From: Balanoglossus misakiensis
Taxonomy: Eukaryota > Animalia > Hemichordata
Assembly (NCBI GenBank): GCA_040954595.2
Contig: CM082578.2
Span: 17,059,703 to 17,123,702 of the forward strand
DNA length: 64,000 nucleotides
Direction of reading: 5' to 3'
Shown here: positions 1 through 12,100 of the stretch, one piece after another
How positions within the stretch are numbered: position 1 is the first letter of the stretch
Layout of the letters: each line of letters begins with the position of its first letter
Notes under the pieces: generated by a model
The model's database searches: none
What the model was told of the DNA's origin: nothing
The model's input: only the letters and a program-made list of their open reading frames with translations
Position numbers and translations under genes: made by a program

Positions 1-347
1 GTGCACTCAGAGTTCAAAATATTGCTGAATTTTATTCCTTCCTTGAAGGTTAAGGTCAACATTAAGTTCAAGTTCCTTCTTTTAGGCCATATTTAATTGC
101 ATAGATGATTGCAGTGTGACTAAATAAATATTGAAAATATTTTTGAGCTTAAGTATGGTAATTTATAATGTGAAAAAAACCCTGTTTTCTACAGATTTAT
201 ATACCCAAAATAAGTGAACTGGATTGGTTTGATTTTTATTATTTAAAACTTGCGAGTAGCATTAAATACCTGACTATGATGGGAGCCAGGCATAATGTTG
301 TGAATTTACAAAGTTCACAGGCAAACAGCAAAAAGGTTTCCACACAC

Positions 348-491
348 CTGCAAATATTCCGAAACCTAAGGTCAATGTATAAATGTCATCTGTGAAGGAA
401 CTCAGAATAGCGGCCAGTGCTGTTAGAAATCCGCCAGCCATCACTGATGTTCGATGCGAAAATCTTTGACTTATTGCTGCTGCAAAAGGAC
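348..491 (-). CDS. SLC16/MCT monocarboxylate transporter (MFS), second coding exon (144 nt, phase 1/1); gene continues beyond window start
   Basis: Not in the ORF track. Pyrimidine-rich acceptor ttctcttccctctttcattaccAG (AG at 493-492) and donor CAG|GTgtgt at 348|347. Spliced to the upstream exon it reads (G)PFAAAISQRFSHRTSVMAGGFLTALAAILSSFTDDIYTLTLGFGIFA(G), the typical MCT TM2-TM4 segment (GP...R.v...GG.l......ssF.......l.fG...G). Confidence 0.92.
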
Positions 492-877
492 CTGGTAATG
501 AAAGAGGGAAGAGAACTTAACACTTTTGTTTGAACAGCTCGATCCTCTTTCCCCTATAGAGGGGAAATAAAAGAACGACTTCTCAGAAAATATTAAAAGC
601 GGCCTGCCAGCAAGGCGCCCATGGAAAACGATGATGAGCGCCACCACACTGTTTTTTAATGGTGGGATACATTCATGAGCCCGCCAGGATATCAATTGGT
701 CCATCCCTCCTTGCTACACTCTGCAAGAAACTTATAGTGTTCGAATAAGACTTGCAGGTTCTACTTTGTCAACATGTAATAGTGTGTGGATAAAATACAC
801 AGAACATATGCAATAGGTCTACCAGGTACAAGGCTAAGGAACACTGACATCTGTAATAGACAGACATACGAACCTAC

Positions 878-1112
878 CTACGCACAGACTTAAAGAGGAA
901 AACATGGATGCCATCCATGCCGTCGTCCCGGCGCCCTCTTCAAAGTACTTGACCAAACCAGCAAAGAACACACCAATAGCATTCTGTGTCCCTCTTATGA
1001 TAAACATACCGACAAAGCTAGCGATGACTATCATCCATCCCCATCCACCATCAGGGGCTTCTTCCAAGATTACCTTAGTCCTTTTATGCGAACAATTTCG
1101 TCTACATTTCAT
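878..1112 (-). CDS. SLC16/MCT monocarboxylate transporter, first coding exon
   Basis: ATG at 1112. Encodes the SLC16 signature APDGGWGWMIVIASF, then GVFFAGLVKYFEEGAGTTAWMASMFSSLSLCV(G). Donor G|GTAGGT at 878|877 (phase 1) matches the phase-1 acceptor at 491. The specific paralog cannot be assigned. Confidence 0.93.
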
Positions 1113-1203
1113 CTTTGCCCTCGTTTTTCAGGTCTATGAGTAGACAGGTTTTCCCGCAGAGAGACTTGCCCTCTGTCGGAGGTCAGATACTCAAATATCT
1201 ACA
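1113..1203 (-). other. 5' UTR part of the first coding exon of the SLC16 gene
   Basis: Acceptor tttcatgtttttttcAG (AG at 1205-1204) upstream of the ATG implies a further non-coding exon. Candidate minus-strand donors are CCG|GTGAGT at 2685|2684 and GCG|GTAAGT at 3299|3298; I cannot choose between them. Confidence 0.5.
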
Positions 1204-2802
1204 CTGAAAAAAACATGAAAACAGGCCTTACCGGTAAAATACTGTATAATGCAACTGTCAGGATTAATGCAATCTTACAGTTTAACATACTCAACTGTGT
1301 CAAGTGCGTCATAACTTTACAACCCGGAAGTTGTCCCCCTTGTGTTGGCTGTCACCAGTGTTATTTATGAAAAAGCACATATCTTGGCAAATATCATTCA
1401 ACCATCTAATAAGGCTGCCCTTAGGCATCATTTTCAACTTTTACCATTCGTGCCCCTTACATTCTGTACTGCAATTTGGTAATGGGTTATATAGGCTTGG
1501 TAGTGAGTTCATGAGGGACAGTTCTTCCTGCTTTGATCACGTTGTTTCGGTTTCATGATACCATGTATATCGCACCCGTTCTTACGAACAATGTATTACT
1601 TTGCAGCGATTAATTCACTCACCACTAAAAATGTACAGCCACATATATGCCACAATTAATCTTCTCCATTGGTAAAGTTCTCGTCAGTTTCTGGTCTACT
1701 ATAGTCACTTTGCTCCATATCTGAGCGTCCCTGTCCTATATTCCGGGACACACTGTTCTACTTATCATATGAATGAAGTTCACATGAGGTCATCAAGCGA
1801 CTGCACGTAAGCATTTGTATGAGTGCGAGAATTCAAACAATGCAGCATGGTTGAAAGTTCACTTCCTTAACGACCAATTTGTGTAACTTCTTTAATGCAT
1901 GTGTATCCTCTGCGTGACCAGAATTTTGTTTTACTCAAACGTACCGGTACACCTTCACTTTAATATGCCAAACCCTCGCTAAACGATGAATTTTTCTTGA
2001 ACTGGTCGAATGACAGCATTCTGGACATAAACATGTACATTCCTATCACTAATTCCTCTGACCGTACTGAAGATCGAAAGCCATAAATCTTGATACAACC
2101 TTATAATTATTGAGCTCTGAAAAGTGACTGGAGGCATATCGGTCATATTTTGCCACTCTTATTGTTATTTGTGGTATTAATGCACTTGAACAAAATCTTT
2201 ACAGATTACAACAGTATAAAGTGATATCTGTTCTCAATAACTTGAACGCCTGATGCACACAGACTACAGTCACCAAAGAGGGCGTATGTCTATACCGTGT
2301 TTATGTACATGTATAGTATGTATAGCAGTCTCTGTATGTGCCACAAAATGGTTTAATTCGTAGAGACCCCACGCTTTGCCATTCCTATGATTGTAGACAA
2401 CAACTCACTGATTCCCACAACTGGCTAAGAAAGCCTCCACGCAAGTTACGAGGCGATAATTGATTCAATATTTGGCCACCATGACTGAATCTAAATGTCG
2501 CCCTCTGCGGACTGTCACGGTAACTCACCAAAGAAGGTCAAATTTGACCATTTTGTTCAGCAACTGCAAGAAGAGCAGTCAAAACTGTCTTTCATCCATG
2601 GAGAACACCTCACCAACATGCTAAGGTCACTGCAGTCGTGTTCTCCCAGTCAAACTGACAGATAAGCAATTCACTGTCACTCACCGGAAATTTTACTTTT
2701 CATCTTGGCCCCTTTGACATTTTCATCTATTGACAACACGCCAATTGGTGGTTTACAGGCGTACCACTTGAAACGCGGCCTTAACAAAAGCAGCTGCCCT
2801 CT
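1168..2802. promoter_or_regulatory. Cluster of four CTCF-like motifs (AGAGGGC core)
   Basis: Cores at 1168-1174 (-, CCGACAGAGGGCAA), 2277-2283 (+, ACCAAAGAGGGCGT), 2500-2506 (-, TCCGCAGAGGGCGA) and 2796-2802 (-, TCTGCAGAGGGCAG), resembling CCASYAGRKGGCRS. Motif match only. Confidence 0.35.
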
Positions 2803-3253
2803 GCAGAAGTTTGTGTCTAAACGCAATCACACGAAGATGACAACTATACAATGAAGTACATAACACATGCGTGTTGTAGATTAATCGACCAGGCAAAATA
2901 CGTAACCAGCGTTAAATGAAGGCAATATCCCACCATACATGTATACCTTAATATACGATTTCAAGAGAGAGGTTCGGATTGCCAAAGCACATGCAGACTG
3001 TATTAATCGGTTTCATTTTTAACACAACATTTTACGTTTGATTCAACTCCAGAAACTGTTTAGTTTTGTCGATAAGTGAGTCGAAATCAGAAAGCCATGA
3101 ACAATCATGGATAGGAGGCTATGTTGGAATATTGAGTAGCCTTACATAATTGAAAAGCATACGTGCATGACTTCTCCCAAAGAAAAACGTGGGCAAATAA
3201 ATAGCACAACTGGATGAAATGCATTCGGATACACTTGTGTTGAACCGCCAGTC

Positions 3254-3267
3254 GTTTCTATGGCAAC
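3254..3267. promoter_or_regulatory. RFX X-box-like motif
   Basis: GTTTCTATGGCAAC (reverse complement GTTGCCATAGAAAC), about 30 bp from a strong minus-strand donor at 3299|3298. Confidence 0.3.
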
Positions 3268-5544
3268 TACTCAATTGTGGACTATATGAACAACTTACCG
3301 CTTCCCTCAAGCACACATGTGGCAAATCGATGAAATCTGATCTCAATATTATGAATTTACCAGTGAAACAAAGTATCTACTCTTTCGTGCCACATCTTGC
3401 AATGGTGACGATTCCAAAACTGTACATTCCACGAATGCACTGATCTTAATACCAACGTGATTTCCTCGTGATTAGACTGATTTTAGTTCTAAAAAACAGG
3501 TATTCAAAGTATTCATATGTGTAAGAATTGCAATTACCGTTTACACTTTCACTGACAGTAGCGGCCCCCACCTTTCAACAGAAAATTGTCAATCGCTGAC
3601 GCAAAACAGAATTTGACATTTAAGTCTGTAGTTGTGATGAGTGCGCCGCTGGTGGTGAAAATCAACCTACTCATAGTTTTTATTTATTTATTCATGTCTG
3701 GAAAGATCGTCTACTGGTGACCACTATTAAACCACGCTGATTGTTCTGACTGATCTCTCCATCCTACATTTGGCCGATAAATTCGAATGTTTCAGTCATG
3801 GGTAAATATTGTGCTCCCCTTCAACAATTCTCTGACGTATACGTACATGTATTTGCAAGCAACACCTACTGAAGGAAGTCCTCAGCTTGCAATAAAACAC
3901 CCTAACACAATGGGAACTAATCTAAAAATATCTAAAAAATAACATATAAATCATCTGGATTCTATGAAAATGCATAATTGACATTATACTTTGGTTGTTA
4001 CTTATAGCAGGTTTTGTTTTTATAAAAAAACACACAAGTAGGACTGTGAAATGTAAACTACGTCATGCTGTTTTCATTGGACCTCATCATCACAAAGTAG
4101 TTCCAATCGTGTTGTAGGCCTATTGTAGTGTCCGACACACTTGCAATAACGACACTGTACCATACTGAAACTCAGAGATTGTCGTTGTTGCATATCGCCA
4201 GTGAAAAATATCAGTTTAATTTTGCCAGCAACAACATTGCAATCGGCAGTATATATGCAATCATGATTTTCTCATTAATCACAAAATATCCCATAATGAG
4301 TATAAATACTAGTAGTTAGCCAAGTGTGTAAACATCAATTTATAGTGATTTAAATGTGACTAATGTCATCTTAAAATGACTATAAGTACCGTATACTGGT
4401 ATATGCAGCCCAAAGCACAAACCTCTAATTCAAATTACGAACCATATCTGCCCCATGGCTGATTTTACTGGCAGATGAATGTGACGCCAGGATGGAGACA
4501 TCACGATCTGCCTCCAAAATATGCTACTTCAAGATCGCCACGATCACGACTCCCATGGTCAGTCATGCATGCATGTTGGTGTGGTCATGAAGATTAAATT
4601 TCAGTTCCCCAAGTCAACACATGACAAAATTTTTGCTGCTCTCTATTGTGCAGCTTTTAAACCCAATTTGTAGAGTTTTATCTTCGTTAGTCTAAAAGAC
4701 AAGCTGATGTCGGCTCGCAACAGACATGATGGGCAATCGATAGCATAGTCCTACTTCGTAGACGTTGGTCAGGTTGTCAAATTCAATTTCGCTCTCTCTG
4801 GCGCCATTGTGGTTTCAGTGATTTCGTAGCTCCTTCAACTGACTCTGAATCTAAGTCCCTAACAAGTTTTTGTCTGGAAGTATGGTTTCTTTCATTTGGT
4901 TTGCTATGTCATATAACAAGACTGAATTCAAGGGCAGAATCCTTACTAGAGTAAAGTAATAGTGACAGTAGAGATCATTATTCTTCAAGTTCGATCATTA
5001 GTGACTTTGGCCAATTTACATGTACGCCCCAACCTTAATATTACAATTGTATCAGACAAGGAATAACTTGGGATTCCTCACCAATTCAATTAACTATAGA
5101 GATACTTATACACATATGAGTATTATTGGTGGTGGTGGTGGTGATATTGGTGGTGCATCGAAACAAGTGAAAGGTGGAAAAGACTATAAAATACAATGAA
5201 AATCTCATTTTGGTCTTTTTCTATGGCCATTTTCAGTTTGCACCCATACATGTAGGTAGAATAACTGACAACAGGATTGGACTCCCATAAGATAACATGT
5301 TCAGACTTGGTCTTATCCATATGCTCTCAAAATGTGAAATACAAATGTCCATTATGTACCGGTAGTATCCGAGTCATACAGAGTGAGACATGTTGCAGAA
5401 GACCGGAGAAGAAAAAAAATCAGGTTTTACTTCACAGTTGAGGTTCCGCAAATGAATATTGACAAAGTTGAACACACACAATTACTTAATTTTCATGACC
5501 ACAAAATGAGGGAAATTCTACATAAGTATACATACAAGTAGGTT

Positions 5545-6185
5545 CCCGGCGAAACATCACGTGACACGACAAGTGTGTTGTAGTGTTCACAACCATGATT
5601 GCTGGTCGCTGACCGCACTGTGATCATTGACAGAATGACATTGACAGACAACAAACACCACAATATCATAACGAGAGTCGACACCAAGCCAAAATGCCGC
5701 GCAGCGGGAGCCTCCATCAAAGCCTATCACTTTGACTGAATTTATGGAGCATGGAATTGCTCTTAGTAATTTGACGTTTTTTTCAACTGCCAAAACACAG
5801 CCTTGAAAAATTTGTTCACAGCAGCCTCAGAAATCTAATATTTATCGCGATATATGAGCTGCAAATGAAACATCGTCATTCAATTCGCTGTGACTTTATC
5901 TAATCGCGGACCGCGGGCGAAATACGTATCGCTTTTCCTTCGCTTAAAACAAATTTATATTTGTACGAAAACACAATGCATCACGATTTGCATTCGTGAT
6001 TCAAGAATCGGAGTGAAATGGAAAATGAAAGGTTTATTTGCATATCTTGATTTACCATGGCAACGGCAGACACGTGTGTGACACATCAGCTCAGATTATG
6101 AAATTGCCATGGCAGTTTAATTCGGTTTATCTTATTTAAAAACTACGGACGACTACCCCTACGCCATTGCCCGACGATGTAGTGA
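5545..6185. promoter_or_regulatory. CpG-rich promoter/enhancer-like segment
   Basis: Locally dense CpG (e.g. tatcgcgata, atcgcggaccgcgggcg). E-box TCACGTGAC at 5557-5565, two octamer motifs ATTTGCAT at 5986-5993 and 6036-6043, and an X-box-like TTTACCATGGCAAC at 6051-6064. Confidence 0.35.
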
Positions 6186-9100
6186 TGGGGAGATAAGTTG
6201 TTTGCTGTATGATGTCGTGTGATCAGTCAATTTAGGCATCATTTTCCGATTCAGTGATCGACTTGATTAACCGCACAATTAGTAGCAACAATTACAGTGA
6301 TCTTGTTATCTTTATTTCACGCCGGGAACTTGCATGAAATGACAAGTGGGTATAATTTGGAACCAAGTCAACGTGAGCGAACTAGCTCAGAAAACTCGCT
6401 AAAGTTATCTTTATATTTAACTATATTGCATGGTGAAGCCGCAAATGATTTCCCCACATCTGAGTGTTCGGTGTTAAGCTTTCTCAAGAACGGTAGTTGG
6501 TGGACCCGTTGAGGTATCAGTAAAAACCACCGTCAAGTTTGAAGTACGAACCCCAATCACTATCAGTTGTAGAGATCCAATTACAGTTGTGTGGGAAATA
6601 ATGTCAAATGTCAAAAAATTATCCAGCTCCCGTTAATATCGCATCATGATGGAAGTAGATAAGCCCAGCTGTGAGTACACCATTCAAACCTTTAGGTTTT
6701 ATAACACGAATCTGTCATCTCTATTCCTTCATTTTAGCGCAAACCCACAGCAGAGCACGATATTACAAATTCATTTTTTTAATATTGTTAATCCGGTATT
6801 ATTAATTCTCTGTTTATGTATTTTGATCATGCTGACACACATGGATTATAGCTAACTAAAACGCTCTGGGAATGGTGCATTTTAAAAGATTTGTTTACAC
6901 CCAGGAAATGAGTTCGCCATACGGTGTCAATATTCGCCCCAGGAAGCCGTCGCTACAATATGCCGCCATGTTTAGCAGAGTCAGGTTACAGTTGTGTCCG
7001 ACCAAAATATGTCAAAATGAGTTTTCTTTACCGATACATGCAATTTACATTTTCAATTGAAAAAGTTCGAAATCCTCCCTAATCGCTCAGACCGGTCCCT
7101 CTCAAGCTTACACAATTGCTTTGCCATATCCGCTGACAATTTGCTGGCATCAAAACACTTCGCCGTTCCCTTGGAACTAATAACTAATCACACATATTAG
7201 AAATTCATCTCTGGACGTTACTCTCACGGGTCATCCAAATATCCCCCTCCTATAAAGGCCAATTCAAAAAAGAGACAAAAGTAATACATTTTGGACTGTG
7301 CGCTCCTTTGAGATGGAATCAAATTAGTGGAAGATAGTCCATGGAACAGCCACTAGGGAGTTTGTACGCGTTTATAAGAAATTGTCTGTCAAAAGCAAAA
7401 AGTGAGACATTTCCATCGGATGTGACAGTGTCTTCAAAGGAAAGATGATATCCCTCTAATGTATTTTAATATTCAAGTAGATCATCTACCCGGTAATTAA
7501 ATTGCTTATACATTCCCTGGCCAGGACGACACCGAAAAACGGGTCTGTATATGGTATGGGAAAGTGTATGTACATTGTACTGCAGGAATAATTGCTCTCT
7601 GGGAAAGTCTGGTTGCTTTTCATAGACTAACGCTTGAATAAATCTCAAATACTGAGGTTCTCTTCTTGGTTAAATATTTATTAGCAAGAAGAAAGTTTTT
7701 TTTCCAGAGACAAAAATTTATCGCTACCTTGTTTGGGTTGGTGGTTGTGCTTAATTTGATTGCAAGTAGTCAGGGATACCAAGTAATATGCTATAACCGT
7801 ATTCTTGAGATTCCCCATGCTGTTGTGACCCTTTCAAACGTCAACAACACATTGATTGTATCAAATGCTTCGCCACCAGTGAATAATCTCATCATGAATA
7901 ACGCAAAAAGTTGTTATTCTCTGGAGATAAGAAGTTGAATCCGGAATTTTAGATGTGAAAAATTTGCCTATCAAAAGTTATCAATATTTTAAATCCTAAA
8001 TGTTTACTTGGTCTACTCTCCACATAAAAGATGTATGTGCAGAAAATAAATGGTGCCATGCATGTACAATCAGGTACATATACATATTCTAATACAATAA
8101 TTAGAGGTTATAAACGGCTAGCGAGGGTATTTGGTTGTGGATATAAGATCTCTCAGGTGAAAATTAGCATATTTGGCGGGAAATAATCACCAAAAGAAAC
8201 ATCAGTTAGTAAGTTTTCACCTTATATTTTAATATTATCATGAATCACATTTGAGTTTATCACATTTAAATGCATTATCAAAAGCACAAGTGACTGTGAA
8301 AGGCGTGTGTTCTGTACTTAACTACAGTACATGTTTGCATGTACTTTTAATTTATTTATTCATTAACTCATAAATATATATATCATTTTGCAATTATCCT
8401 AAAGCAACCGAAAGAAAACGCTTTGTTTCTTTTCCTGTTTTGGGTTGGACACTATATTAGAATGTATAGACTGGTGACTGTTGGCAGATTTTTATCTCCA
8501 AAACATAAGCATATCGGCACGACAATCAAGTATAGATGGCTCAGTGGAGAGCCAACTCGTATTGGATTCACTGATAATACCACAACAGATGCGACTGTGC
8601 CTTCATTAGAGGCCAGTAGACGAATTTAACGATTGAGATCAAATTACGGTCGTCGAACGAGACTCCCACCTGAAAGTTAACTTAATCTGGCCTGTTGGAT
8701 CTCAGGCTTTGCAAACAGCGATTCACGAAAATATACCAAGGTCGAACTAATCACACCCTTGTGTCAATGGTGGAGTGGTTTCTCAGTATGGATCAAAAGA
8801 TGCCAGACAAACAGGAGAATGTCTTTTTTCTATTTGTGTCAACTGAATAGTGTCCCTAACGTCAAAAAATGTGAAGACTATTCAAAGGCTTCTACAAATT
8901 TTAATTAATTTCTAGAGGAAATGTCATACATGTGTGGGGATAAGTTGTAGCTTGCCTATTTTTACATTTTATACACGAGGGTTGTATTTCATTAAACACA
9001 ATCCTGGCCTACAAGGAGTCAGCTAACTACCATGGATCACGACTATGAACTTTTCCGTCAAGCGTAGTAACCTTTTTAATTGAATTAACACTGAACGTCA

Positions 9101-12100
9101 ATGGCTGTTCATGTCATGAGTGTCACCAGTGTCAATGAGGCAATCTCATAGTACAAACAAATCCTGGTTTGATGCCTGAACTGCATTTCACAATTAAAGC
9201 TGTTTTGGTTCTCGTGTTTCCTTCATCGATAGACATTTTATCAAAATATGCAAAACCAATCCCATGAATGTCCTGGAGCGAGTGACGATTGTAGTGTGGT
9301 ATTTGAATATCAATATCATGTCGGATAATCATCGTACCGTCGCAATACGGAGCTGATCCACGTATGATAACCTTCCGCAACCTTTGCCCACAGACATATC
9401 TTATTAGATGTTGCATATGAAAAATGTTCCCATCTGCGCCATTTGTGGATTGTGTATTGTCCAAAAGAACTATTAGATCGAATCTTTGGACATACATATT
9501 TAAAGGAGTCCATTCCAAAGACCCAGGGGGACATATGACAAAAACGCTACAGATTGTCACGCACTTTGCACAGCAAATTGAAAGGAGCTTCTGGTGTGCC
9601 GGACATAAACTTTGAGACAGAACCGTGGGGCTATTCAGTCACTCAAATACCAAGGGTACAGCGACATTAATGTTGTCCATACATATGCGAGACCTGTTAT
9701 GGCATGGTATAATTACAGCTCTCATAAACCTATGAGCTTATGGGTTAGTTAATTAATTTGTTCTTTTTTATGTCATCACGCGACCCATCGGAATACGGAA
9801 ATCAGCAAATACGGAAATCATCAGGCGCTGCCAACTTGATATCTGCAACTTCTTGTTTGATAACAAAACTACGCTTCACACACAGGTGCCTATAATCATC
9901 CAGGTATATGAAACGCAAAAAGATGATCTCTGTAGCCCAGAGTCAGAGTAACCAAATACAAAGAGGAAACTATCATGAAAGTTTGGTAGGTGCATCAGTG
10001 ATAATGGCAAATTAGTTTCAAGTTGGTTGGCGCATGCTGTTTGAACAATATTCAGGGACAATTCCACAGCATGAAACCACAGCTACAACTGCTTCCGACA
10101 CCACATCATCATAGTACTCGGATCTTTTTATTCAAAGCACAGATTCATGTTCTGCAAGGGTATTTGAAGTCAAGGATTTGAACATAAAATATCGACCAAT
10201 CATCAAAGTAATTGCCAAAATAATTATATGGCAAATGTAAAGACCCATTAGCTAATCATAAAAATACTCCTACGCATACATATTTTGATCTATGAACATT
10301 TCAGATATCGTTTTATGGCCTATAATTTAACTTTTGTGCAGGACATCCAGTTTATGTTTACATGAAATTATAGCTGCAGGGAATTTTCTCTATTCGATGA
10401 TGCAGCCGCGAATATGTAACGTAAAATTTAAATCAGAAAAACAATAAATTTGGTGAAATGGTAATCACTATGTCCTCGTTAATTCAACTTGTGACTTTTG
10501 TAAACTGCATTGTCATCTGTTCAGTATGAATGTGGGAAAAATGTGGCGACTTCCGATTATTTATCATAGAGTTGCGCCATTTAGAAGATGAAAGACAGGA
10601 AGTTGCCTTACACCCATTAACTGAACGACACGAAGAAAGGAAGAGTTTGTATTAAATTATTTGTTTGAATGAAAAACCCACACGAACCGCACTGTAGCTA
10701 TAACAAGCGATTACAGTGATAGTTGAAAATGTATGGTTGTGACAGTTTTAAGCCATCTTCTGCACAATATACCTACATGTAAATGATAGATACATAGAAA
10801 TAATGGAGTTGAACTGTCAAACTGTCGGGTAAATGAAATCACGAGAAATTTCCGCCTTGGATTCACTTCTCAGAACCTATTTCCGGCCACATTACGGGAT
10901 TATACGTTCCTATAGCAACATGCAATGAATGTTCTTCTTGGCTAATGCCACAGAGTACAAATGGATGTCAGGATTTTGCTATGCCGTGGACATGACACGA
11001 TGAATGAGTTTTCTCAAAAATCAAAACAAGGAAGTAAATCGCATCATCTTCGAATTCGTGATACAATGCTAATACTAAATGTGTTATTATTATTGGTAAA
11101 TTACTAATAAAAGAATTACCATTGCCCATTAGAGTCATTTTTATCACAGGACGTCTTAGCAATGAGAAAACGAGCGACATATAAGTGTGTGTCTGGTGTG
11201 CGCAGAGAAAGTGGACCAGTTTTAAATGTGTATGCATGTATTAAACCATTGCTGGCATTTGGGTCACAAATCACGTCCAACTACCGTCACGACTGAGGAA
11301 GAGTCAATTTCGTTGACAGTGCCCCCTTTTCGCGAATGCTCTTCCATTTACACTCCCATTTAATCTTCTGCGACTGCAGCGTTTGTCAATCAGAATTCAA
11401 TGCAGACATTGCCCCCAAGAGCCGTTGCATTCGTTGTCCTTCGTAGTCAATTCAAGCAGATCCTTTTGCCGAACAACTAACACTTTCCCGGGAAGCTAAC
11501 GACAAAATGCACTGTTAGGTGGAGTTAACGAGGTACATTAGCACTTAACTAACCAAGGAGACAGTTTCCATGTGTTCCATAGCCATTAGTGTTGATACAA
11601 GGGGTAGTCACCCTTTCTTAGCTGTAATGCACTCGTACTGCGCTGGTACCTACCCAGTCTGTATGGGCCATTTTATTTACTTTACATATTGACGCTACCA
11701 CATTTAGGATAGAATAATCATAACACTGTTTTATGTCAAATTCTAAGTGTATTACTGTTAACATTTCACTGAATGTTCTTTTTAGATGTTCGCGACAATA
11801 TCGAATAGTTGTTCCTGCCCCTGAAATCCATGTTTGTTCTACAATCACCGATGGCAGGGAGACCACGTGTTGAGATGGAGACTAGGGCTCCAAGCAATTT
11901 AGCCATACGAATGGAATATGACAGTAATTGGCTGCGTGCTAAATTTCTTCATTAAAAAGTCGTGATTACGGTTCAGAACATGTAGCTTCCTTTTGCCCTG
12001 TGAGACTGGACTGGCACGCTACAGCGCGGTTTCCGTAATTTGTATTACCCTGGTATGCTTTCATGTGATGAAAGGTCTGCCTTTCAATGTCATAATTTTG

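Noticed and set aside
8098-8175. Stretch reminiscent of one arm of a palindromic repeat like that at 45131
   Set aside because: No partner arm and no alignable similarity to the 45-kb element in this window.
9132-9615. 142-aa minus-strand ORF and overlapping ORFs
   Set aside because: Non-ATG start, no recognisable motif and no convincing splice signals.
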